Source: an uncultured Clostridium sp. (lineage in GTDB: Bacteria > Bacillota > Clostridia > TANB77 > CAG-508). Taken from it: a stretch of 64,000 nucleotides of DNA. A program made the translations under genes and the position numbers. The stretch is from NCBI GenBank assembly GCA_948473335.1, contig CAOKXF010000001.1, positions 265,981 through 329,980 on the forward strand, written 5' to 3'. Positions 1 to 9,363 of the stretch are shown here, in pieces (the first letter of the stretch is position 1; the number at the start of each line of letters is the position of its first letter). The notes beneath the pieces were generated by a model, which saw only the letters and a list, made by a program, of their open reading frames with translations, did no database searches and had not been told where the DNA came from.

Positions 1-202
1 TATTACCTGTGATATTTTCTATTTCATCTATAAAATCCTGTGCTTTACCAAATTTAGTATCTAAATTATATGCATTATACGACATTATTGGTAATACTTC
101 TGCTTTTTCTGCTATTATTTTTTTTAATTGCTCTATTGTTTTTTTGAACGTGCAAAATGACCCAGTCATAATAAAACCGACTTTTTTTCCTTCTAAGTTC
201 AT
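1..202 (-). CDS. dpaB: Dipicolinate synthase subunit B (SpoVFB/DpaB), 5' part only; the gene runs off the left edge
   Basis: Minus-strand translation from the ATG at 202-200 (GGGG RBS at 213-216) gives MNLEGKKVGFIMTGSFCTFKKTIEQLKKIIAEKAEVLPIMSYNAYNLDTKFG... This matches the flavoprotein N-terminus of DpaB (GxxIGFGLTGSxC). This edge ORF is not in the ORF track. Confidence 0.55.
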   Translation of the reverse strand, partial: MNLEGKKVGFIMTGSFCTFKKTIEQLKKIIAEKAEVLPIMSYNAYNLDTKFGKAQDFIDEIENITGN

Positions 203-472
203 ATTACATATTTCCCCTTTCTTGTAGCTTAATATATAATATGATTTTATGTAAATCTAAGTGTATACTAATTTAATTTTATAAATACACATGTAATACT
301 TCTATAAAAATACTTTGAAAAATGTTTATTTAAAATAATATATATTGAAAAGTAGCTTTTCCTTAGTAGTGAATAAAATACACCACCTCTGAAAAGCTAC
401 TATTCTAAAAATATTCATATAGGACTTTAGGTAATACTTAACATACATTTAGTTCAATCAGAAAACATAGGC

Positions 473-1114
473 TTAAGTAAAATCAGTTATACTCTGCCAT
501 TCTTCCAATTTGCTATCCAGATAACCATCGCTTGAAATATCTAAGTTCAGATAAAAATCATTAAAAAACCTTTCAATATATTTTTGCTTTAAACTCTCTG
601 GAGCTGAACTCTCCCTCAAGCGAATTGTGAACATAGCCAATACAGAAATATACCAAATTATATATCCCTTTTCCAGGCTATACCTGTTATTACTTGCTCT
701 CTCAATTAAGTCCACAATTTTTTCCTTATTTTTCTCTGTTGACATGGAATTTATTACGCATTGAGTCATCTGAACTGTTGTCATTCCATTTTCAAAAAAG
801 TCCTCATAAAATGGATAGATATAGCAAACAGGGGGCTTTACCTGATTAATAGTACATCCTGCACCCTCTTCAAAGAAAATACATGTATGCAGTTTGTCTC
901 CTTTGTCTTTCACAAAAACTTGTGTAGGTTCTAAATGCCTTTTTTCGATTACAGCATATTGCTCTAGGATGGTTGAAGGAGACATATTAAAAAATTTACA
1001 ATATCTCACTAAATCCATTGGTGAGATTTGGATATCTCCTCTAAACCTACAACATTTCCCACACCGCTGACATTTAAAAGCGATTTCTTTCATTGGAACT
1101 TCCCTAGCAAGCAT
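473..1114 (-). CDS. YkgJ-family (UPF0153) cysteine-cluster Fe-S/Zn-binding protein
   Basis: 213-aa ORF with the CxxCxxCC motif (FKCQRCGKCCRF). It contains the only in-frame CGG (Arg) codon in native AT-rich DNA seen in this window. Confidence 0.55.
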   Translation of the reverse strand: MLAREVPMKEIAFKCQRCGKCCRFRGDIQISPMDLVRYCKFFNMSPSTILEQYAVIEKRHLEPTQVFVKDKGDKLHTCIFFEEGAGCTINQVKPPVCYIYPFYEDFFENGMTTVQMTQCVINSMSTEKNKEKIVDLIERASNNRYSLEKGYIIWYISVLAMFTIRLRESSAPESLKQKYIERFFNDFYLNLDISSDGYLDSKLEEWQSITDFT

Positions 1115-1317
1115 TACTTTTCCTCCTTAATGATAAAATTGTGTATTACAATACACTTATACCTATTGAGTTTCTATCAAATTATAACAATATTATGTAA
1201 ATAAGTCAATATAAAAGTATAAATTTTTATATTGACTTTGTATGTTTGTCAATGATGTGAAACAAATTTATATACATACTCAAATCGTATATTAAAGTTT
1301 TTTCTTTGATATACATA

Positions 1318-2556
1318 TTAGCCTTCTAAGCAATTATCCAATTTGCTAAATATACTCTCTTTATCCATGTCTTGTCCAATAAATACAAGTTTTATCATTC
1401 TATCGCCATAATTTTCATCCCAGTCTTTTCTAATATCAGGATTTAATTCTAATATTTGTTCCAATTCATCTTTTGGAGCAACTGCAAACCATTCTCCGCC
1501 CTCTGATAAATATACTTGTTTACCAGCTTGTTCAAAAATGTAAGACATTTCAGGTTCATCTTTAAACCAAACTAAACCTTTGCATCTTATAATATTTCTT
1601 GGCAATTCATTAGCAAATCTTTCAAATTTATCTCTGTTGAAAGACTGTCTTCTATAATATACAAAAGAACTTATACCATATTCTTCTGTTTCAGATTCAT
1701 GATTATGATGATGGTGATGATGATGTCCTCCATGATTTTCATTTTCATGGTCATGTCCATTATTGCATTCGTCATTATCTCCTTCAGAATTATGGTGATG
1801 TTCATGAGAATCTTCTTCTACATCTTTATTTAATTCCTCAAGCCAACCAGCTGATGTTGCTGCTTCCTCAAAATTAAATAAATTAGTATTTAATAATTTT
1901 TCAACAGGAACAACTCCATAGTTTGCCTCTATTATTTCTGCCTTTGGTTGAAGTTTTTTAATAATTGCCTTAACTTTTGCCAATTCCTCCCTACTCACTT
2001 CATCCACTTTATTTAAAATTATGATATTACAAAATTCTATTTGTTGAATAATTAAGTTTTCAATATCTTCATCATCAATATTATCATTATCAACTAGATT
2101 ATCTCCACAACCAAATTCTGTTGCCAGTCTTACACTATCTACAACAGAAATAACATTATCTAATCTGCAGATTTTAGGTAAACCATATTCCTGTGTAGAT
2201 TCAGATAAAACAGTTATAGTTTGAGCAATAGGAATTGGCTCACATATACCACTTGCTTCTATCAATATATAATCAAAAGTATTAAGTTTTATTATATCAA
2301 CTATTTGTTGCATCAAATCTACTTTCAAAGTACAGCAAATACATCCATTACTTAAAGCAACAAGACTGTCATCTTTTTCAGTAACAACTCCACCCTTTTG
2401 AATTAATCTAGCATCAATATTTACTTCTCCTATATCATTAACAATTACAGCAACTTTATATCCCTGTTGATTTGTTAAAATATGATTTATTAATGTAGTT
2501 TTTCCAGCTCCTAAGTATCCTGTAAGTAATGTAATAGGAACAATTCTATTTTGCAT
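1318..2556 (-). CDS. COG0523-family GTPase metallochaperone (CobW/YciC/ZigA-like) with a His-rich insert
   Basis: 412 aa. Has a P-loop (GYLGAGKTTL) and a CxCC motif (GCICCT). A long His-rich tract (HEHHHNSEGDNDECNNGHDHENENHGGHHHHHHHNHE) is typical of Zur-regulon zinc chaperones. Confidence 0.8.
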   Translation of the reverse strand: MQNRIVPITLLTGYLGAGKTTLINHILTNQQGYKVAVIVNDIGEVNIDARLIQKGGVVTEKDDSLVALSNGCICCTLKVDLMQQIVDIIKLNTFDYILIEASGICEPIPIAQTITVLSESTQEYGLPKICRLDNVISVVDSVRLATEFGCGDNLVDNDNIDDEDIENLIIQQIEFCNIIILNKVDEVSREELAKVKAIIKKLQPKAEIIEANYGVVPVEKLLNTNLFNFEEAATSAGWLEELNKDVEEDSHEHHHNSEGDNDECNNGHDHENENHGGHHHHHHHNHESETEEYGISSFVYYRRQSFNRDKFERFANELPRNIIRCKGLVWFKDEPEMSYIFEQAGKQVYLSEGGEWFAVAPKDELEQILELNPDIRKDWDENYGDRMIKLVFIGQDMDKESIFSKLDNCLEG

Positions 2557-2582
2557 TAAACATACCTTCCTTCTATATTAAA

Positions 2583-3770
2583 TTATATTAAACGTTTTGT
2601 TTCTCTTGCGATTACAAGCTCTTCATTAGTTGGAATTACATAGATTTTTACCTTTGAAGAATCTTTAGAAATTAATTTTTCTTCACTTCTAACATTGTTT
2701 CTTTCCTCATCTATATTAACTCCCATAAACTCTAAATTCTTACAAATACCCTCTCTAATTTTTATTTGATTTTCTCCAACTCCACCTGTAAATACTATTG
2801 CATCAACACCATTCATTGCTACTGCACATTTTGCAATATAAGCAGCAACTTCATATTTAAAATGATTCATGGCAGTCAAAGCTCTTTCATCCCCATTATT
2901 TGATGCATTTTCAATTTCTCTAAAATCTGGTGCTAATCCTGACATTCCTTGTACCCCAGATTTTTTATTCAATATATCTTCCACTTCTTGAGCTGTTTTA
3001 TTCTCTTTTTTCATTATATAAGTTACAACTGATGGATCAATATCTCCACTTCTTGTAACCATAGGAATACCTGCTAAAGGAGTAAGTCCCATACTCGTTT
3101 CTACAGATTTACCTCCATTAACAGCACAAATGCTTGAACCCTGACCTAAATGACAAGTTATAATTTTCAAATCTTTAATATCCCTGTTTTCTATTTCAGC
3201 TAACCTATTTGAAACAAACATGTGTGATGTTCCATGAAATCCATATTTTCTTATACCATATTTTTCATAATATTCATAAGGTATTGCATACATATATTTT
3301 TCTTTAGGCATTGTTTGATGAAAAGCAGTATCAAAGACACCTACCATAGGTTTTCCAGACATAACTTTTTTGCATGCTTCTATTCCAATAATTCCTGCTG
3401 GATTATGTAATGGTGCTAAATCTATGCATCCTTTTAAAGTTTCAATAACATCATCATCTATAACAACCGAAGACATAATTTTTTCTCCACCATGAGCCAA
3501 TCTGTGACCTATAGCATTAATTTCATCCAAACTATCAATCACTTTATATTCTGGATTAGTTAATTGTTTCAAAGTAAAGTCAATAGCCTCTTCATGATTT
3601 TTTGCAGAATGAACTATCTCATACTTTTTTCCATTTACTTTGTGTGTTATAAAAGCTTCATCTTCTCCTATTCTTTCATATTTACCAAAAGCCAACACAT
3701 CCTCTGTCTCCATATTTATTAATTGGTATTTCAATGATGAACTTCCACAGTTTAATACTAATATTTTCAT
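2583..3770 (-). CDS. ackA: Acetate kinase
   Basis: 395 aa, MKILVLNCGSSSLKYQL N-terminus. Full-length collinear match to AckA. Confidence 0.92.
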   Translation of the reverse strand: MKILVLNCGSSSLKYQLINMETEDVLAFGKYERIGEDEAFITHKVNGKKYEIVHSAKNHEEAIDFTLKQLTNPEYKVIDSLDEINAIGHRLAHGGEKIMSSVVIDDDVIETLKGCIDLAPLHNPAGIIGIEACKKVMSGKPMVGVFDTAFHQTMPKEKYMYAIPYEYYEKYGIRKYGFHGTSHMFVSNRLAEIENRDIKDLKIITCHLGQGSSICAVNGGKSVETSMGLTPLAGIPMVTRSGDIDPSVVTYIMKKENKTAQEVEDILNKKSGVQGMSGLAPDFREIENASNNGDERALTAMNHFKYEVAAYIAKCAVAMNGVDAIVFTGGVGENQIKIREGICKNLEFMGVNIDEERNNVRSEEKLISKDSSKVKIYVIPTNEELVIARETKRLI

Positions 3771-3818
3771 AATATCACATTCCTTTCAATTTATAAATTT
3801 AATTTTTGTAAATACACA

Positions 3819-4823
3819 CTATTCAATTATATTTTGTGCTTGTACAGCTGTAATTGCCACTACACCCACTATATCTTCATATGAGCAACCTCTAGACAAG
3901 TCATTTACTGGTTTTGCTATCCCTTGGCAAAGTGGACCATATGCTTCTGCCTTTGCGAATCTCTGCACTAATTTGTAACCAATATTACCTGCTCCTAAAT
4001 CTGGAAAAACCAATATATTTGCTTCACCTTTTAGAGGACTATTTGGTGCTTTAAAATCTGCAACTTCTGGAACTATTGCTGCATCTAATTGTAACTCGCC
4101 ATCTACTAATAATGTTGAATCCTTTTCTTTTACTAAATTTGTAGCCTGTACAACTTTTTCTGTAGCTTCTGAATTTGCACTTCCGTATGTAGAATAAGAT
4201 AACATAGCAATTTTAGGAACACTACCTATTAATTGTCTAAAACTTTTACTTGAAGAGATAGCAATTTCTGATAAAGCATCAGAATTAGGATTTTCATTTA
4301 ATCCACTATCAGCAAAAATAAACGTACCATTTTCGCCATATTCACAATTTGGAACAACCATAATAAAAAACGCAGACACTAATTTGGTGTTAGGAGCTGT
4401 CTTCAATATTTGCAATGCTGGTCTTAAAGTATCAGATGTTGAATGAGCTGCACCTGACACTAACCCATCTGCTTCCCCCAATTTAACCATCATCATCCCA
4501 TAATACACTGGATTTAAAATCAATGCATTAGCTTGCTCCATTGTCATTCCTTTTTCTTTTCTCAGTTCATAAAGTGCTTTAGCATATTCTTCTTTACGAT
4601 TTGAATTTTCTGGATTAGTTATTTGTACGTTCTTTATATCAATATTTTCTTTTTGTGCATATTCATGTATTTTTGCTGCATTCCCTATTAATATTACTTT
4701 TGCAAAATTCTCTGTTGTTATCATTTCCGCCGCCTTCAAAACTCGTACATCTTCTGCTTCTGGTAATACTACTGTTTTAATTTGTTGTTTTGCTCTTTCT
4801 TTTATTTGCTCAATAAATGACAT
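3819..4823 (-). CDS. pta: Phosphate acetyltransferase
   Basis: 334 aa with the Pta catalytic domain. Lies immediately upstream of ackA in the classic pta-ackA arrangement. Confidence 0.9.
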   Translation of the reverse strand: MSFIEQIKERAKQQIKTVVLPEAEDVRVLKAAEMITTENFAKVILIGNAAKIHEYAQKENIDIKNVQITNPENSNRKEEYAKALYELRKEKGMTMEQANALILNPVYYGMMMVKLGEADGLVSGAAHSTSDTLRPALQILKTAPNTKLVSAFFIMVVPNCEYGENGTFIFADSGLNENPNSDALSEIAISSSKSFRQLIGSVPKIAMLSYSTYGSANSEATEKVVQATNLVKEKDSTLLVDGELQLDAAIVPEVADFKAPNSPLKGEANILVFPDLGAGNIGYKLVQRFAKAEAYGPLCQGIAKPVNDLSRGCSYEDIVGVVAITAVQAQNIIE

Positions 4824-4865
4824 TTAACTTCCTCCTTTTTACCTATGTCATTATATATAAAAATT

Positions 4866-4890
4866 GCAAAAAGTACAAGGCTTTTTGCAA
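4866..4890 (-). terminator. Hairpin ttgcaaaaag-N7-ctttttgcaa followed by a T-run on the minus strand
   Basis: Perfect 10-bp stem. The minus-strand read has a tttttat tail. Sits between gerQ and the pta RBS. Confidence 0.4.
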
Positions 4891-4910
4891 TAGTTTTTTT
4901 GGTAGTAAGT

Positions 4911-4946
4911 AAGTGTGTCAGTGGGGACGTTCTTTGTGACACACTT
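4911..4946. repeat. Palindromic repeat element, copy A (aagtgtgtca-gtggggacgttctttg-tgacacactt)
   Basis: 10-bp stems flank a conserved 16-nt loop. Followed by ttttatttcc on the plus strand. Belongs to a 5-copy family (see findings). Confidence 0.7.
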
Positions 4947-5042
4947 TTATTTCCAAATGCAGTTTTATCAATAGAAATATCAGTTTTATATTTTTGATTT
5001 TTTGTCACATTTATGTTTTGTACTTTTATTAATAAAAACGAA

Positions 5043-5348
5043 TTAGAAATATCTTAATGTTTGTGCCATTGGTCTTTGTGCGATAGATACAAATTTAATT
5101 GAATAAATATCGCAATATAATAAATTTGTACTTTCTAACGCTCTTAATAATATATAACTTGCTCCTACTTCTTCTAATATTCCTACTCTGTCCGTTAAAT
5201 TATTTGTTCCTATTAGAAATTCTACTCTTACTAAATGTCCTATATAATTTCTTAAAAACGCTGGAGTATATAAGTTGTTTGTCATAATTTCTGGACTACT
5301 ATTGTTTATAGTAACTCTATCAGTTACTTCTCTTGTTGTTTCATCCAT
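5043..5348 (-). CDS. gerQ: Spore coat protein GerQ (YwdL) family
   Basis: 101 aa. Its C-terminal VGILEEVGASYILLRALESTNLLYCDIYSIKFV aligns with the GerQ domain (rGvieeaGrDhIiLsd...YLLlmiYLdYvtF). Lies downstream of cwlJ, as in the B. subtilis cwlJ-gerQ operon. Confidence 0.55.
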   Translation of the reverse strand: MDETTREVTDRVTINNSSPEIMTNNLYTPAFLRNYIGHLVRVEFLIGTNNLTDRVGILEEVGASYILLRALESTNLLYCDIYSIKFVSIAQRPMAQTLRYF

Positions 5349-5442
5349 ATTTTTTCTCCTTGTATAATATATTTAGGTTTTTAAAAGGTTACCTATAAAC
5401 CTTTGCAGTCAATTATATCTTTCAAGTATATCGATGTTTATC

Positions 5443-5478
5443 AGTGTGTGTCAGTGGGGACGTTGTTTATTGGCACAT
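5443..5478. repeat. Palindromic repeat element, copy B (degenerate)
   Basis: gtgtgtgtca-gtggggacgttgtttat-tggcacat. Same loop as copy A with a partially decayed stem. Confidence 0.55.
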
Positions 5479-5544
5479 AATTATTATAAAAAATTTGCTT
5501 TAATTGATTTACTATATTAATTGATATAACTGCACTTTCAATAA

Positions 5545-5581
5545 AAGTGTGTCAATAATCAACGTCCCCACTGACACACTT
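5545..5581. repeat. Palindromic repeat element, copy C (inverted orientation)
   Basis: aagtgtgtca-ataatcaacgtccccac-tgacacactt followed by tttttt. The loop is the reverse complement of the copy A loop. It abuts the cwlJ stop codon. Confidence 0.7.
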
Positions 5582-5583
5582 TT

Positions 5584-6033
5584 TTAGGTTTGTGAATATA
5601 AACTAGTTGGTCTATAAAAACAATGTTCACCTATACGAGTATGAAATGTGCCTGAGCCATTAGATGGAAAGGTCGAATAGCAAGATGGTCTAAATGGATT
5701 TAGATACCAAAGACAGTCTCCGACTTCATTTATTTTATTTCCTGCTATTGCCCAATCTGCTATTTGATAGTGTTCTTCTGTTGGTGTCATATTATATATG
5801 TTTTGTGAATTATATCTCCCTGCAATTGTTTCTCTTGCACAATCAAACTGTCCTTGTTGAAATATTATATTTCGTATACTTCCTCCTTGTGATATTCTTG
5901 CATATTCTCCGTCTGATACATTTACTCTATTTATTACAATTGTTGCAACTGCTTTCATTCCTGTATCTCCTTCTCCTCCTGCTTCACATTGTATTATTCT
6001 CGCTAATAATTCTCTTTCTGAATATGCCATCAA
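5584..6033 (-). CDS. cwlJ: Spore cortex/cell-wall hydrolase, CwlJ/SleB catalytic-domain family
   Basis: 149 aa. Has the Hydrolase_2-type signature (MMAYSERELLARIIQCEAGGEGDTGMKAVATIVINRV...). Pairs with gerQ downstream. Confidence 0.75.
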   Translation of the reverse strand: MMAYSERELLARIIQCEAGGEGDTGMKAVATIVINRVNVSDGEYARISQGGSIRNIIFQQGQFDCARETIAGRYNSQNIYNMTPTEEHYQIADWAIAGNKINEVGDCLWYLNPFRPSCYSTFPSNGSGTFHTRIGEHCFYRPTSLYSQT

Positions 6034-6097
6034 AAATCACCTCTAATATTTATATTATATTAAAGGTGTTATTATTTTGATACTTTTTTAACATTTT

Positions 6098-6430
6098 TTA
6101 TTCATATTTATTTATGTCGATTTCATTATATACATTATATTCTAACTTATCTGATAATAAACTAGTTAAATTGTTTGATTTATTTATTAAAGTTTCTTTT
6201 TGTGATTTTGTTAAAGTTTTTATGTGATATTCTAGTTTTGCTGCTTGTGAACGTGTTTCAGATTCCCACGCCATTTCTAATTTTATGGCAGTATGATTTA
6301 ATGTATATTTTGCACATTTTTCATTTTTTGTCTTATGTTCTTCAAATCTTCTTTCTAAATTTGATGTCATCCCTGTATATATTGAATTATCCTTACATCT
6401 TAACATATATGTATAATACATTTTTATCAT
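6098..6430 (-). CDS. GIY-YIG nuclease-family protein (UPF0213)
   Basis: 110 aa. YTYMLRCKDNSIYTGMTSNLERRFEEH is the canonical GIY-(x)YTG motif. Confidence 0.75.
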   Translation of the reverse strand: MIKMYYTYMLRCKDNSIYTGMTSNLERRFEEHKTKNEKCAKYTLNHTAIKLEMAWESETRSQAAKLEYHIKTLTKSQKETLINKSNNLTSLLSDKLEYNVYNEIDINKYE

Positions 6431-6472
6431 TCCTTTGTGTTTAATTGCTAATATTTCTATATTGCAATATTT

Positions 6473-7144
6473 TTATATTAATTTTGCTATTAATGCTTTA
6501 ATTTTTATACCTTGTGAACAGAACATCTCCTCATGTTCTGTTCTTACATTTTCAATATTTATATTTTTAATTTCCTCACTATGTAAATCATATGTTTTCA
6601 TTAATATTTTAAAACCGCTTTCTTCAAAATATTTTATACTTGATTCAAATAAATCATTGTCATCTGTTTTGAAATATATTTCTCCATTTTCTTTTAAAAA
6701 TTGCTTATACTTTTCAAGTTGCCTTGTATGTGTTAATCGTTTTTTTCTATGTTTTCCCTTTGGCCAAGGATTACAAAAGTTTATATAAATTCTATCTATT
6801 GAGTCTTGCTTATCGAAAATTAGCAAGATTCTTTCTATATCAAATCTTGTTATTAAAACATTGTTAATTTCCTTTTTGTTCTCTTTATACATAGTTTCTA
6901 TGTTTCTTTTTGCTAATCCTAACATTGCATCTACTAAGTCAATTGCGATATAATTTATTTCTGGATGATTTACTGCCATATTTGCTATAAATTTACCTTT
7001 TCCACATCCTAATTCTAAATATAATGGATTTTCCTTATTTAAAAAGATTTCTTTCCATTTTCCTTTCTTATCTTCTGGATTTGCTATATAAAATTTGCTT
7101 TGTTCTAATTCTGGTCTTGCCCATGGCTTAAATCTAATTCTCAT
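6473..7144 (-). CDS. trmB: tRNA (guanine46-N7)-methyltransferase
   Basis: 223 aa. N-terminus [13 protein letters not shown], and [13 protein letters not shown] motif. Full-length TrmB. Confidence 0.85.
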   Translation of the reverse strand: MRIRFKPWARPELEQSKFYIANPEDKKGKWKEIFLNKENPLYLELGCGKGKFIANMAVNHPEINYIAIDLVDAMLGLAKRNIETMYKENKKEINNVLITRFDIERILLIFDKQDSIDRIYINFCNPWPKGKHRKKRLTHTRQLEKYKQFLKENGEIYFKTDDNDLFESSIKYFEESGFKILMKTYDLHSEEIKNINIENVRTEHEEMFCSQGIKIKALIAKLI

Positions 7145-7256
7145 AACACTTTTATTTTATTAGCTTCTATGCTAAATTTTCCTTTCTTTATAACAATTTT
7201 TTTAATTTCCTAATAATACGGTTAGTATCTATTTTATAGTTCTGTAATTCAATATT

Positions 7257-7796
7257 TTATTGTTCACAGTATTGTTTATATAATTTCTTTAGATTTTTCT
7301 TTGTTATAACATTTTTTATACCTTTTTCTGCAACTTGTTCAAATACTTCTGTTAACATATCTGATACGTTTTTATTTATCATTACTCGCTCACGCTCTTT
7401 TTCCCAATATTCGATTTCTGAACTATTTGTCCAATTTTTTCCATTATATGTTATACTTGCTGATAATTTGTCACATACCATTTCTGCTACATATTTATAT
7501 GGAATTATTGGATTTTGTATAGGTGCATTCATATCATACCAATATTCAGAATGATGTTTATTCCTTCCCTTATGGTGTAACCAGGCTTTTGAATATCCAT
7601 TTTCTTTTTTACAAAATAATATAGGGCTTTTTTCCCCATTATAATACTTTATACTTTCCCAAAATTCAATTGGCGAAAATTTTGACATATCATGTTTTAG
7701 TCCTCTTAATGGCATACCTATTTTTGTACAAAATATAAATACTAACCATTTATGTTTTAACACTAATATTGTATGTTTTACTATATTTTTAATCAT
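7257..7796 (-). CDS. Conserved hypothetical protein
   Basis: 179-aa ORF with coding-like composition. No family recognised with confidence. Confidence 0.4.
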   Translation of the reverse strand: MIKNIVKHTILVLKHKWLVFIFCTKIGMPLRGLKHDMSKFSPIEFWESIKYYNGEKSPILFCKKENGYSKAWLHHKGRNKHHSEYWYDMNAPIQNPIIPYKYVAEMVCDKLSASITYNGKNWTNSSEIEYWEKERERVMINKNVSDMLTEVFEQVAEKGIKNVITKKNLKKLYKQYCEQ

Positions 7797-7984
7797 ATAT
7801 TTTCCTCTTTTTTATATTCTTATTAAAATCATCGACTAAGTAGATAAAATTCCTTTATATTTTACCTCATTTTTCCCTTTTTTTCAACATTAATTTGATT
7901 TTTTTGTTATTTTGTGTTAGTGTGTTAAATTATATAATAATTTATCGTTATATATTTCCTATACAGTAAAAAAATATAAAAAGA

Positions 7985-8878
7985 ATGGAGCTAAGAATAG
8001 TTATTATGAATTTACATTATATTTCAGATAATAAATATAAAAATATAAATCAAGTTTTGAATAATGAGTTTAAAATCTCCTCAAGACTTAAAAGTAAATT
8101 GATTTCTAATCAATTAATTTTGCTAAATGGTACTTTTGTTGATACTAGGACAAGTATCTCTAAAGGAGATACAATAGATATTATTTTAGATTACCCAGAA
8201 AATAATTCAAATATTATTGCAACTAATATGTTTCTTAATATTATATATGAAGATGATTATTTATTAATAATAAACAAGCCTGCTGGAATTGCTGTACACC
8301 CTTCAATTTTACACTATGAAGATTCTTTATCTAATGGAGTAAAATTTTACTATGATAAAATTGGACTTGCTAAAAAAGTCCGCCCTGTTACTCGTATTGA
8401 TTTGAATACTTCTGGTCTTGTTGTCTTTGCTAAAAATGAGTTTATACAAGAAAATTTAATTAGACAAATGTCAAATAACAGTTTTAGAAAGATTTATTTA
8501 TGCTTAGCAGAAGGTATTGTCGCTCCTGAAAAAGGTTCTATCAATGCGCCTATTATCAGAAAAAATGACAGTATTATTGAACGCACTATTTCAAATAATG
8601 GTCAATATGCAGTTACTAACTATGAAGTTTTACAATATTTCGAAAAGTATTCTTTAGTGAAATGCATTCTTGAAACTGGAAGGACACATCAAATTAGAGT
8701 TCATTTTGCTTTTATTGGTCATCCCCTTCTTGGTGATTCATTATATGGTAATTCTTCTAGTTTTATTAACAGACAAGCTTTACATTGCTATAATCTTAAA
8801 TTTATTCATCCCATTTCTCAGATTATGCTAAATCTGTTTGCGGATATTCCTGACGATTTTAATAAATTGTGTCAGTAG
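7985..8878 (+). CDS. RluA-family 23S rRNA pseudouridine synthase
   Basis: Motifs HPSILHYEDS, RLDLNTSGLVVFAK and GRTHQIRVHFA. The stop codon TAG (8876-8878) lies inside palindromic repeat copy D. Confidence 0.85.
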   Translation: MELRIVIMNLHYISDNKYKNINQVLNNEFKISSRLKSKLISNQLILLNGTFVDTRTSISKGDTIDIILDYPENNSNIIATNMFLNIIYEDDYLLIINKPAGIAVHPSILHYEDSLSNGVKFYYDKIGLAKKVRPVTRIDLNTSGLVVFAKNEFIQENLIRQMSNNSFRKIYLCLAEGIVAPEKGSINAPIIRKNDSIIERTISNNGQYAVTNYEVLQYFEKYSLVKCILETGRTHQIRVHFAFIGHPLLGDSLYGNSSSFINRQALHCYNLKFIHPISQIMLNLFADIPDDFNKLCQ

Positions 8879-8900
8879 GGACGTTCTTTATGACACAATT
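8865..8900. repeat. Palindromic repeat element, copy D; also the rluA terminator
   Basis: aattgtgtca-gtagggacgttcttta-tgacacaatt followed by ttttatc. It contains the last two codons and the stop of rluA. Confidence 0.7.
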
Positions 8901-8952
8901 TTATCTACTTAAAAGTCCTAAATTGCTTGATACAACTAAGATTAAGCAGAAA

Positions 8953-8984
8953 ATCGTGTCATAAAGAACGTCCCTACTGACACA
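8953..8984. repeat. Palindromic repeat element, copy E (inverted); also the rnpB terminator
   Basis: gtgtca-taaagaacgtccctac-tgacac. On the minus strand it is followed by gattttctgc, immediately 3' of rnpB. Confidence 0.65.
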
Positions 8985-9336
8985 GGTAAATCTGTAAGCC
9001 GGGTTCTGTCTTTTAAAATAGCCATTTATCTAGGATATATATCACTATATATCTCAAGCCACGCAATTTGAAGGTGCCGAGCAAGCTTAATCTTCATTTA
9101 GGTGTTGCCCCAGATGGGGTTTACATGGACCCAATATGTCACCATATCAGCGGTAAGCTCTTACCTCACCTTTTCACCCTTACCAGTTTTCTGGCGGTTA
9201 TTTTCTGTTGCACTTTCCTTAAGGTTTCCCTTACTAGACGTTATCTAGCATCTTTGCTCTATGGGGCCCGGACTTTCCTCTCGTAATTCCTTTCGGAGTT
9301 TTACTAGCGACTATTTAATTTACCTTTTTTGATTAT
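8984..9336 (-). ncRNA. rnpB: RNase P RNA (bacterial RnpB)
   Basis: The minus strand carries the universal P4 motif GAGGAAAGTCCGGGC, plus ACAGAAAATAACCGCC and AGGGTGAAAAGGTGAGGTAAGAGCTTACC. The 3' end is ...GAACCCGGCTTACAGATTTACC. P1 pairs AGGTAAAT (5') with ATTTACCT (3'). A sigma-A promoter (TTGAAA-17-TATAAT, at about 9343-9371) lies upstream. Local GC is much higher than the surrounding DNA. Confidence 0.85.
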
Positions 9337-9363
9337 ATCATTTTATTATTCTTTTTTCAATAG

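Noticed and set aside
9-227. 72-aa plus-strand ORF at the left edge
   Set aside because: It lies antisense to a clearly coding minus-strand frame (the DpaB N-terminus with a GGGG RBS). Its composition is that of an antisense artefact.
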